A stretch of DNA of 25,967 nt from IMG/VR virus record IMGVR_UViG_3300025723_000898, positions 1-25,967 of that record. One strand, 5' to 3'. Position 1 is the stretch's first letter, and every line of letters begins with the position of its first letter. This document shows, in pieces, positions 1 to 8,464 of the stretch. The stretch comes from a virus. Taxonomy: Duplodnaviria; Caudoviricetes. Under the pieces are notes generated by a model that was given only the letters and a program-made list of their open reading frames with translations, was not told the DNA's origin and searched no databases. Position numbers and translations under genes: made by a program.

Positions 1-1936
1 TTAGTGGTTCATTAACTAAACAGATAGAAGTTATTAGATCTGATCGCGCAAGTATACGAGCTGATATAATCAATAAGTTCAGTGTTCCACTAGTTGATAC
101 AGAAGTGTTCTATGCACCAACTAGCAGTAATCTACAGAAACAAATTGAAGTAATCAAAGCCACTACAAGCAATATAGCTGTAGGAAAAGCTTCAACTATT
201 ACATCTATTAATAGTAGAGTATTTGCATTATCAAATATTGTAGCTAAAACTTCAAGTTCTTATGTAGTCAAATCTGATCGTGCAACTATAAAGGCTGATA
301 TATTAACTAGACTAAAAGTTACAAATAGTAATACACATACATTTACATTACCTCCATTTGGTAAAACTAGTTCAGTTACTGTATTAAGAGATGGAAAACC
401 ATATATATTATCCGGCAACTTGTCTAAGTTTGATAATGTAGGATTAACAATCGGTCCTTATATCAATGGAACCGTAAGCATTAATAACATAGTAATGGTA
501 GTAGGTAGGAGTATAACAGAAACCAATGATGTTATTATCTATTATACATATGACAACAATACTATTACAAGTATACCGGCAGGAACAAGTATAGCAACAT
601 TCTATTTTGCATCAACAACTACATTTGCAAGTACATATCCAACTGGGTCTACTATTAGAATAGAGAATATAAACAACGGATATGATCATACCTTTACAGT
701 TATAACATCTACTAATACTAGTGTTAGCTTCTTAGATCCAGGTGATTTACCAAGCACTAGTGGAACGTATATTAGTACATTGGGTACTAACTATACTATA
801 GCTATAAACTTTACTGCTACACAATATCTTCCACCGTATCCTGTAGGTACATATGTAGCTGTTACTAATACTAGTGGTCAAACACAAACTGTATTAGTAA
901 CAGCTGCAAGCAATAGCAGCGTAGCATTTAATAGTCCACTTACTAACTTTGTTACTAACGGTTCAGCTGTATCGTTAGCCGCAGCAAGCATAGATTACTA
1001 TCCACAAACTAGCGTTTCAACTAATCTTGCTCCAACAAATGCTCGCGAAAACCTCTATTATTTCTATATAGCTCCTGGATTGAGATCAAATAGCACCATT
1101 AACCAAGGTAGACAGTTTGTATCATTTGCAAATAATGTAGGTGGTGCATCAGCAGTTACTAAACTTATAAAATATTCAGTATTAACTGTTAGTACTGAAG
1201 TATTCTTTGCACCAACTAACGGTAATCTACAAAAACAGATTGCGATAATCAAAGATGGTACAAATAATATAGTTTCTGGTACATTGGCTAAACAGATCGA
1301 GATAATCAAATCTATTACAAATAATATATTTGTAGGCAAAACTTCAAGCTTTAATACTGTTAGAGCCGATCGCACAAGCATACGAGCTGACATAATCACT
1401 AAACTTAAGGTTCCGATAGCTAATACAGAGATATTCTATACACCAACTAGCAGTAATCTAGAGAAACGTTTTGAAACAGTTAAAGCTACTACTAGTAATA
1501 TAACTGTAGGTAAAGCTTCAAGCATTGCTGCTTTAAAGAGTGTTAATAATATTATCAGAACAGATACTATTAATAGAATAACTGTATTAAATCAGTTCGA
1601 AACTGAAGTATTCTTTACACCGACTAGTAGTAATCTACAGAAACAGATTGCAATCATCAGATCTATTAGAAATAATATATTTGTAGGAAAAACATCAACT
1701 GTTAGTTCGATAAAATCTAGTGTATTCACACTACCTATTAACTACAATCTGCAGAAACAGATAGAAGTTATTAGAGCAACTACAAGTAATGTTATTAGTG
1801 GGTCATTAACTAAACAGATAGAAGTTATTAGATCTGATCGCGCAAGTATACGAGCTGATATAATCAATAAGTTCAGTGTTCCACTAGTTGATACAGAAGT
1901 GTTCTATGCACCAACTAGCAGTAATCTACAGAAACA
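1..1936 (+). repeat. Near-identical 142-bp direct repeat (1-142 and 1795-1936) marking a ~1.8-kb in-frame macro-repeat
   Basis: The two copies differ at one base (gttc vs ggtc). The offset is 1794 nt = 598 codons. Confidence 0.9.
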
Positions 1937-3674
1937 GTTTGAAATTATTAAAGCAACCCTAAGTAATATAGCTGTAGGTAAGACTTCAACTACTACATCT
2001 ATTAAATCTAGTGTATTTTCTCTAATAAACAATCTAGGTAAAACTACAAGTATTAGCGTAGTTAGAGCTGATAGATCGACTATCAAAGCTGAACCAATCA
2101 AGGCATATAAAGTAACAAATGCACAAGTTCTTTCGTTACCAACTGTTGTAACTAGACTATCTACTTTTGATAATGTAGGATTAAGTACTGGTCCATACTT
2201 AACTGGTACTACAAGTATTAGCAGTTTCATACAGATTGTTGGTAGGAATACTCAGTATACAACTGATGTAATATTATGGTATACTTTTGACAACAATACA
2301 ATAACTGCTGTTCCCGCAGGTTCGTCTATAGCAGTGTTCTATTTCTCTAATAATGTTGCGGCTACAACACTATACCCAACTGGTTCTATAGTTAGAATAG
2401 TGAACAACAATAATGGATATGATCATGTATTTAAGGTATTAAGTTCTACTAGTACTAGTGTTAGCTTCTTAGATCCAGGTGATCTACCAAATACTAGTGG
2501 AACATATATAACCAATACAACAAATAACTATCCAACAGTTGTAAACTTTGCAGCACAGTTAACACTGCCATATATTGCCGGTTCATACGTTACGTTAACT
2601 AATAGTAGTGGACAAACTGCTACTGTTAATGTGTTGTCTTCAAATAATAGTGCGATCGCATTTACATTGCCTTACACTGGATTCTTAGCAAACGGAAGTA
2701 CGGTATCTATAGCCAATGCAAGTATTGATTACTATCCACAAGTTAGTGTTTCAACTACAGCAAAACCAACCAATGCTCGTGAAAATCTCTATTATTTCTA
2801 TATAGCTCCTGGATTAAGGGCAAATAATACCATTAATCAAGGTTTACAGTTTATTTCGTCTGCTAATAATATAAATGCATCAATAGTCAATAAAGTAACT
2901 ATAACAAAAGACACTACAGAAGTATTCTATGCACCAACTAGCAGCAACTTGCAGAAGCAAATTGAAATCATCAAAGACACAGCAAGCAAAGTTATATCTG
3001 GTACATTAACTAAACAGATAGAAATAGTTAAATCTACTATTAGTAATATAGTAGTAGGTAAGACTTCAACTGTTTCTTCTATAAAATCAAGTGTGTTTAC
3101 ATTACCACTTAGCTATAATCTACAGAAACGTTTTGAAACAGTTAAAGCTACTACTAGTAATATAACTGTAGGTAAGGCTTCATCTAGTTCTACAGTAAAG
3201 GGTACTGCTAATAACATACTTGTAGGCAAGGCTTCATCTAGTTCTACAGTAAAGGGTACTGCTAATAACATACTTGTAGGTAAGGCTTCAACCATAACTT
3301 CTGTAAAATCTAGAGTATTTACTTTAGATACTAGTGTAGGTAAGACTTCAACTGTCTCTACATTGAAAGCTATTAATAATATTATTAATGCAGATTTTAT
3401 CTTTAAGATAACCATATTAAATCAATCTGAAACCGAAGTATTCTTTACACCAAATAGTAGTTTAGTTGAGAAGTTCAATGCAAAGAATGCACAGGTGTTT
3501 GGTCTAGTTCCAAACTATCATATAGATAAACGTATAGAAATAATAAAGGGTCTACCACCAACTAAAGATGAGGCACTTATTAAAACATTTATCGTAGGAA
3601 GAAATCCAAAACGATTAGGTGAAGTATTTGATATAGCATACGTTAATAAAGTTCCTATACAATTCTGGAATTGA
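1..3674 (+). CDS. Large repetitive Ser/Thr/Ile/Val-rich protein, probable virion fibre/structural protein (5' end lies upstream of window)
   Basis: Frame is open from base 3 (SGSLTKQIEVIRS...), so the track start at 105 is not the true start. Recurrent motifs TEVF(Y/F)xPTSSNLQKQIE and NIxVGK(A/T)S; two copies of a ~250-aa domain ending ARENLYYFYIAPGLR. Lies next to another structural-type gene. Confidence 0.6.
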   Translation, partial: SGSLTKQIEVIRSDRASIRADIINKFSVPLVDTEVFYAPTSSNLQKQIEVIKATTSNIAVGKASTITSINSRVFALSNIVAKTSSSYVVKSDRATIKADILTRLKVTNSNTHTFTLPPFGKTSSVTVLRDGKPYILSGNLSKFDNVGLTIGPYINGTVSINNIVMVVGRSITETNDVIIYYTYDNNTITSIPAGTSIATFYFASTTTFASTYPTGSTIRIENINNGYDHTFTVITSTNTSVSFLDPGDLPSTSGTYISTLGTNYTIAINFTATQYLPPYPVGTYVAVTNTSGQTQTVLVTAASNSSVAFNSPLTNFVTNGSAVSLAAASIDYYPQTSVSTNLAPTNARENLYYFYIAPGLRSNSTINQGRQFVSFANNVGGASAVTKLIKYSVLTVSTEVFFAPTNGNLQKQIAIIKDGTNNIVSGTLAKQIEIIKSITNNIFVGKTSSFNTVRADRTSIRADIITKLKVPIANTEIFYTPTSSNLEKRFETVKATTSNITVGKASSIAALKSVNNIIRTDTINRITVLNQFETEVFFTPTSSNLQKQIAIIRSIRNNIFVGKTSTVSSIKSSVFTLPINYNLQKQIEVIRATTSNVISGSLTKQIEVIRSDRASIRADIINKFSVPLVDTEVFYAPTSSNLQKQFEIIKATLSNIAVGKTSTTTSIKSSVFSLINNLGKTTSISVVRADRSTIKAEPIKAYKVTNAQVLSLPTVVTRLSTFDNVGLSTGPYLTGTTSISSFIQIVGRNTQYTTDVILWYTFDNNTITAVPAGSSIAVFYFSNNVAATTLYPTGSIVRIVNNNNGYDHVFKVLSSTSTSVSFLDPGDLPNTSGTYITNTTNNYPTVVNFAAQLTLPYIAGSYVTLTNSSGQTATVNVLSSNNSAIAFTLPYTGFLANGSTVSIANASIDYYPQVSVSTTAKPTNARENLYYFYIAPGLRANNTINQGLQFISSANNINASIVNKVTITKDTTEVFYAPTSSNLQKQIEIIKDTASKVISGTLTKQIEIVKSTISNIVVGKTSTVSSIKSSVFTLPLSYNLQKRFETVKATTSNITVGKASSSSTVKGTANNILVGKASSSSTVKGTANNILVGKASTITSVKSRVFTLDTSVGKTSTVSTLKAINNIINADFIFKITILNQSETEVFFTPNSSLVEKFNAKNAQVFGLVPNYHIDKRIEIIKGLPPTKDEALIKTFIVGRNPKRLGEVFDIAYVNKVPIQFWN
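3168..3290 (+). repeat. 54-bp in-frame tandem repeat (2.3 copies) encoding VGKASSSSTVKGTANNIL
   Basis: Units at 3168-3221 and 3222-3275 differ by one synonymous change; partial third unit at 3276-3290. Confidence 0.95.
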
Positions 3675-3680
3675 TAAATA
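3673..3680 (+). promoter_or_regulatory. Putative late promoter (GATAAATA, similar to the T4 late box TATAAATA)
   Basis: Overlaps the stop codon and lies about 20 nt before SD AAGGAG of the next gene. The same octamer occurs at the gene junction at 22571. Confidence 0.45.
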
Positions 3681-3714
3681 CATTTAGAATTAATATTCGA
3701 AGGAGAATAATAAA

Positions 3715-3951
3715 ATGTCAACCTATGATGAGATCTCTGCACAGTTCACTGGCTTTACACACTTTTATGAGTTTACAGGTGGAAGTTACAACCAGGCTCT
3801 AGAACTTTGTGCTAGATTAACTGGTCAAGATAGCCAAGTTGCACAACGAAATGGCAAGATAATATTTGCATGTAGACACGATCTCGGAAATGAGATCAGC
3901 TGGTTAAGGGCAGTTGACGGACAGCCAATTGATAATGATCCAACAGAGTAA
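3715..3951 (+). CDS. Hypothetical protein (78 aa)
   Basis: Strong SD AAGGAG at 3700-3705; fills the gap between two large genes. Confidence 0.75.
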   Translation: MSTYDEISAQFTGFTHFYEFTGGSYNQALELCARLTGQDSQVAQRNGKIIFACRHDLGNEISWLRAVDGQPIDNDPTE

Positions 3952-4000
3952 AATACTTTAATATATTAATAATATTTTTTTACTCTTTAAGGAATTATAA

Positions 4001-7000
4001 ATGGCAAAGCATGTAATATTAGAATCCTACACATTTACTCCCAGTTCAAATCAAGTAGTCATTAACTACAAATGGATTAGGAGAGAACAACTACTTTTGA
4101 TCACAAATGTGACTTCTAATACTATCATCTATAACTTTAGTGATAGTTCAAAAACTGCTTCTGCCTATACACTATCAAATGTGGGTGGTAATAACGAATC
4201 AACTGCTATTACACTAACATACAACTGTACTAGTATGAGTCCTACTGATAAGTTAGCGATTTTAGTAGAAGAAACTTATCAAGAAGTACAGCCTGCAGAA
4301 ACATATATGGATCCTGTAGGTAAACAGCGTGTTTCAACTCCGCAAGCACTTATTGATACTGACTTTGAATATGGTGTACAGAGTACTAAATGGGAAACTT
4401 TAGCCTTAACAAATAATAGGCCTTCGGCTTTTTATGATGCTACACAGGGTATTTCTTCTACTACAACCAGCGTCACTGTTGGCGGTACTACTGCTGCTTA
4501 TCAGATTACTGGTGTAACTGCTAGTGGTAGAACTGTTACTATTAATATAAACAATACTACTAATATAACAACTTCAACTCCTATTTATGTACAGGACACG
4601 ATTGACCCAAATGCAAATGGATGGTACGTTCCATCTGCTATCTCAGCTAATACTAGTATATCATATATCGCTAAATCCAATATATCAGCTACAAATATAT
4701 TTGATTATACTAAGACATATTTGTTTATTGGATCATTTTTTACAGGAGCAGGTATAGCTGTAAGTGTTACTAGTGCAGGAGCATTTACTAATAGTGGAAC
4801 CGCAGTAACTTGTACTACTAAGGACGCACATGGTCTAACTATAGGCCAGGCGATATATGTAGTAGGAACAACAGCTACTACTAACCCACCAAATGGTTCT
4901 TGGTATGTTAGACAAACTCCTACTAGTAATACTTTTATATTTGATGTAGCAAGTGCTCCAACAGGTGGTAATATAACATCACCTGGTGCTGGATCCGGTC
5001 TTACTTTAAATACCACAGTAGTTAGTGGTAGTTTAAACGTTATAGCAATAGCAGTAAACGGTTCTGGATATACGCAGGGCGATATAGTTAGCGTAGGTGG
5101 TGGTACAGGTGGTCTAGTTAAAATCGTATCAGCACCTGGCGGTGTTCCGTATGTTGTAGCTATAGCAGCTATTGGAAGTGGTTATACGAGTGCGTCTGGT
5201 GTCGCTACTACTCTTGCTTATTCTGCAAACTGTTTATATGCCAGGACTTGGGGAACTAGTATACACCGAGCCTATGACGGTGGTGTGACATTTACAGCTG
5301 GTTATCCTTATCACGGAAATCAACTAATAAGACAAACACGTAGAACATTCCGTTATCAGTCAGGTAAAGGCATACAGTTTAGTACCGGTTCTAATATGTG
5401 CAGTCCTTGGCAAGTTGATAATATAACTTCAAGCGGTACAGTAGCAACTGTTACATTTAAATTTCCACACAATGCGGGTGTTGGTGCAGCTATATCAGTA
5501 CAGGGTGCTGATCAGTCAGCATATAATGGAACTGGTACTCCAGGAGGTTCAACATTTGTCGTAACAAGTATACCTTCCGATCTAACATTAACTTATAACA
5601 TATCATCATCTACTACTAGCCCAGCTACATCAGTTTCAGGATTTACTGTACAACCCTATCAATGGTATGGTGCTGCGATCCAAGTAGGCATGTTTACTTT
5701 ACAAAATGGGTTCTTCTTTAAGTACGATGGCGCAGTTCTCAATGTTGTTGAAAGAAACAGTACTAATCAGTTAAGTGGTTATATTACACAGTTAGAACAG
5801 GGAAGTCAAATTGCTATAGGAACCAATACACGTTGGAGTCAGCAGTTAACAGTCGGATCTTATATAGTAATCAGAGGAATGAGCTACACTATTATAAGTA
5901 TCCAAAGCGATACTGCGATAACAATATATCCAGAATATAGAGGAGTTCCTATTGTTACTCCTAGTCAGGTTATTATTTCAGTAACATCCGATATAATATA
6001 TCCACAATCTACATGGAATATAGATAAAGCTGACGGTACTGGTGTAAGCGGCATGAATATCGATATAAGAAAAATGCAGATGTGGTACATGGACTATTCC
6101 TGGTATGGTGCAGGTGCGATACGTTGGGGATTTAAGAATGCCCGAGGTGAAGTACAGTATGTACATAGATCAGCACATGGTAATAATAGAACAGAAGCAT
6201 ATATGCGCAGTGGTAATATGCCTGCTAGATACGAAGTTAATACTTTTTATCCAAAAACACAGTTAGCTTCTGCTACATTAAACTCAGGTGATACAACTTT
6301 AAACGTAGCATCTACTTCAGGTTTTCCAACTAGCGGAAACTTAATAATAACAGGTAGTGGAAATACAGGTGCTGCTATTGAATACGTAAGTTATACTAAC
6401 AAAACATCCAGTTCATTCACAGGGTTAACTAGAGGTTTACAAAACCTAACCGGTCCTGGAGGATTAGCAAGTGCTGGCGGAAGTACTGCTACTACTTTTA
6501 CATATAGTGCTACTGCTCCAGTAAGCGTAGCATTTTGGGGACCACAAAGCGCCAATACTATCAGTCACTGGGGAAGTTCAGTTGTAATGGATGGTAGATA
6601 TGATGACGATAAATCACTCATATTCGTTGCAGGTATGACTAATACCATTAGTAATATTGCTGCTAATGCTACCCAACCTCTTATCAGTATACGTATAGCT
6701 CCTAGCGTAGATAGTGGATTGACTGGTACTATTGGACAGCGTGAAATTTTAAACTCCATGCAGCTAATCATGAGACAGTGCGACGTTTATTCCACTGGTA
6801 CAGCTATGACGTTCCTTATTACTTTAAGGTTAAATGGTATTATCCCCAATCCAACTCCTATCGTAGCAACATCTACACTAACTGGTGTTGGATATATGAT
6901 CGTAGCAACAGGCACTACTACATTCACTAGTATAGGTGCTGTAAACAGTAATCCTGGTACTGTGTTTATCGCAACCGGTGCTGGTACAGGAACAGGTACT

Positions 7001-7321
7001 GTGGTTCCTTGCTTCGTCGGTGCTGGTGGATCTAGTCTAAGTCAAGTGTGTTATCATACATCAGGACAGACTATCGCAGGCGGTGAAACAATGTTCGGAT
7101 TCTTTACTACTACACCAGGTGTTACATCAGGTGATCTAACAGGTGTTCGTGAATTAGGCAATAGTATCATAACAGGTGGTAACAGTTTCAATGTTCCATT
7201 TACACCAGCTAATAAGTATCCAGACGGTCCTGATATAGTTACAATTTGTGCCACAAACGTTACTGGTGTAACAACAAATACGATCAATGCACGTCTTTCC
7301 TGGACAGAAGCACAGGCATAA
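4001..7321 (+). CDS. Virion structural protein (tail/baseplate/fibre-associated, beta-rich, 1106 aa)
   Basis: SD AAGGA. Thr/Ser/Gly-rich, with conserved-looking blocks DPVGKQRVSTPQALIDTDFEYG, RQTRRTFRYQSGKG and WYGAGAIRWG that resemble large phage structural proteins. Confidence 0.6.
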   Translation: MAKHVILESYTFTPSSNQVVINYKWIRREQLLLITNVTSNTIIYNFSDSSKTASAYTLSNVGGNNESTAITLTYNCTSMSPTDKLAILVEETYQEVQPAETYMDPVGKQRVSTPQALIDTDFEYGVQSTKWETLALTNNRPSAFYDATQGISSTTTSVTVGGTTAAYQITGVTASGRTVTININNTTNITTSTPIYVQDTIDPNANGWYVPSAISANTSISYIAKSNISATNIFDYTKTYLFIGSFFTGAGIAVSVTSAGAFTNSGTAVTCTTKDAHGLTIGQAIYVVGTTATTNPPNGSWYVRQTPTSNTFIFDVASAPTGGNITSPGAGSGLTLNTTVVSGSLNVIAIAVNGSGYTQGDIVSVGGGTGGLVKIVSAPGGVPYVVAIAAIGSGYTSASGVATTLAYSANCLYARTWGTSIHRAYDGGVTFTAGYPYHGNQLIRQTRRTFRYQSGKGIQFSTGSNMCSPWQVDNITSSGTVATVTFKFPHNAGVGAAISVQGADQSAYNGTGTPGGSTFVVTSIPSDLTLTYNISSSTTSPATSVSGFTVQPYQWYGAAIQVGMFTLQNGFFFKYDGAVLNVVERNSTNQLSGYITQLEQGSQIAIGTNTRWSQQLTVGSYIVIRGMSYTIISIQSDTAITIYPEYRGVPIVTPSQVIISVTSDIIYPQSTWNIDKADGTGVSGMNIDIRKMQMWYMDYSWYGAGAIRWGFKNARGEVQYVHRSAHGNNRTEAYMRSGNMPARYEVNTFYPKTQLASATLNSGDTTLNVASTSGFPTSGNLIITGSGNTGAAIEYVSYTNKTSSSFTGLTRGLQNLTGPGGLASAGGSTATTFTYSATAPVSVAFWGPQSANTISHWGSSVVMDGRYDDDKSLIFVAGMTNTISNIAANATQPLISIRIAPSVDSGLTGTIGQREILNSMQLIMRQCDVYSTGTAMTFLITLRLNGIIPNPTPIVATSTLTGVGYMIVATGTTTFTSIGAVNSNPGTVFIATGAGTGTGTVVPCFVGAGGSSLSQVCYHTSGQTIAGGETMFGFFTTTPGVTSGDLTGVRELGNSIITGGNSFNVPFTPANKYPDGPDIVTICATNVTGVTTNTINARLSWTEAQA

Positions 7322-7509
7322 TGGAATCTGTACAGAAAAAAGAAAAGATCAATCCAACTCCCGGAGTCATGGATATAGCTAATCAGACCAAAGATCCGCA
7401 AAGCGCAGGTAGCAGAGGATTAGTAGGAATGATACGTGATAAACGTCATCCAATGCGTAAATGGTTAGATCTAGTTACACCACCCGAGAACAAACACGAT
7501 ACAAAATGA
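7321..7509 (+). CDS. Hypothetical protein (62 aa)
   Basis: ATG overlaps the upstream stop (TAATG) and the stop overlaps the next ATG (ATGA), implying translational coupling on both sides. Confidence 0.6.
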   Translation: MESVQKKEKINPTPGVMDIANQTKDPQSAGSRGLVGMIRDKRHPMRKWLDLVTPPENKHDTK

Positions 7510-8090
7510 AAAACTTTGTCATATGCTTGGAAAATCATAAAAATGGTCAAGCTTGGTTGCCTAAAGTTTTAGAAAGTGCAAATAACTTTGGATGGAACCT
7601 TGAAGTATTTCCCGGAATAAATGGATTAACTATCAACTGGGATTCTTATAATATAAAAATAGATACTAGATCTAAAAAAAGTTTGAGAGATATGGCGAGA
7701 CCCGGAGTTAAAGGTTGCTTTTTAAGCCATTGGTATCTTTGGCAAAAATGTGTAAACTTAAAATCTCCTATTGGTATATTTGAATATGATGTTATTTTTA
7801 AAAAGCCCGCACCAACGATTTTCCCAACAGATGTTATAAAACTAGACGGATTTAAGCCTGCTAAACCTTCTCCAGGTAATGGACAGTGGTGGGGAGGTGC
7901 TCATGCATATATTGTAACTCCAACTGGTGCTAAAAAACTATTAGATTGGACTGATACGTGGGGAGCCAATCCCGCAGATGTTATGCTTGGAGATAATGTT
8001 GTTGATATAGCATTTGATTTAAATAAACGAGTTGAAAGAGTAGAACTTCATATTAGTACTACGCTAAACTTAGAAGACGAAATGCGTTGA
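7506..8090 (+). CDS. Glycosyltransferase family 25 (LPS-biosynthesis Lex2B/LgtB-like)
   Basis: N-terminal FVICL, FPGING, GCFLSHWYLWQK, IFEYD (usually xxEDD), AHAYIVTPTGAKKLL and PADV motifs. Start taken at ATG 7506. Confidence 0.8.
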   Translation: MKNFVICLENHKNGQAWLPKVLESANNFGWNLEVFPGINGLTINWDSYNIKIDTRSKKSLRDMARPGVKGCFLSHWYLWQKCVNLKSPIGIFEYDVIFKKPAPTIFPTDVIKLDGFKPAKPSPGNGQWWGGAHAYIVTPTGAKKLLDWTDTWGANPADVMLGDNVVDIAFDLNKRVERVELHISTTLNLEDEMR

Positions 8091-8115
8091 CCATTCTATT
8101 AAAATAGTATAAACT
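8087..8115 (+). promoter_or_regulatory. Sigma70-type promoter TTGACC-N17-TAAACT
   Basis: -35 at 8087-8092 overlaps the TGA stop; -10 at 8110-8115; SD AAGGAG follows. Confidence 0.65.
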
Positions 8116-8135
8116 ATAAAAATAAGGAGAATCAT

Positions 8136-8393
8136 ATGAGTCGCATTTATGGACCCGAAGAAAAGGCTAAGTTAATCAGTGTTATTGAACAGGGATCACA
8201 GGTTTTACAAGAAGTTGATGATCTAAAGGGCGGACTTCGCGATACTATCAAGGCAATTGCTGAAGAACTAGATATTAAACCAAGTTTACTTACCAAAGCT
8301 GTTAATATCGCACACAAGCGTAACTGGAATCAGGTTAACGAAGAATATGACGAACTTGAAACAATCTTAGTTACTACTGGCAAGGACGTTTGA
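8136..8393 (+). CDS. Small dsDNA-binding protein, T4 DsbA / GapR-like
   Basis: 85-aa helical protein with pattern LKGGLRDTIKAIAEELDIKPSLLTKAVNIAHK resembling the DsbA/GapR family; own promoter and terminator; upstream of the polymerase. Confidence 0.6.
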   Translation: MSRIYGPEEKAKLISVIEQGSQVLQEVDDLKGGLRDTIKAIAEELDIKPSLLTKAVNIAHKRNWNQVNEEYDELETILVTTGKDV

Positions 8394-8402
8394 AGAAAGG
8401 CT

Positions 8403-8427
8403 AGCGGAGTTATAATCCGCTTTTTTT
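8403..8427 (+). terminator. Intrinsic terminator AGCGGA-GTTATAA-TCCGCT-TTTTTT
   Basis: 6-bp GC-rich stem, 7-nt loop and a T-tract directly after the DsbA-like gene. Confidence 0.8.
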
Positions 8428-8433
8428 GGTATC

Positions 8434-8451
8434 TGCGAGCCACAAATCGCA
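8434..8451 (+). promoter_or_regulatory. Hairpin TGCGA-GCCACAAA-TCGCA just 5' of the polymerase SD; candidate translational operator
   Basis: 5-bp stem and 8-nt loop immediately upstream of AAGGAG and ATG 8465; same geometry as the T4 gene 43 autogenous operator. Confidence 0.5.
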
Positions 8452-8464
8452 CAAAGGAGTATCA

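Noticed and set aside
1-3674. Repeats as a CRISPR array or DGR template/variable region
   Set aside because: The repeats are in-frame coding modules without a spacer pattern. I saw no adenine-specific mismatch pattern, and no reverse transcriptase or cas gene is in the window.
3911-3940. CAGTTGACG resembling the -35 of other promoters
   Set aside because: It lies inside a coding region and has no -10 hexamer at 16-18 nt spacing.
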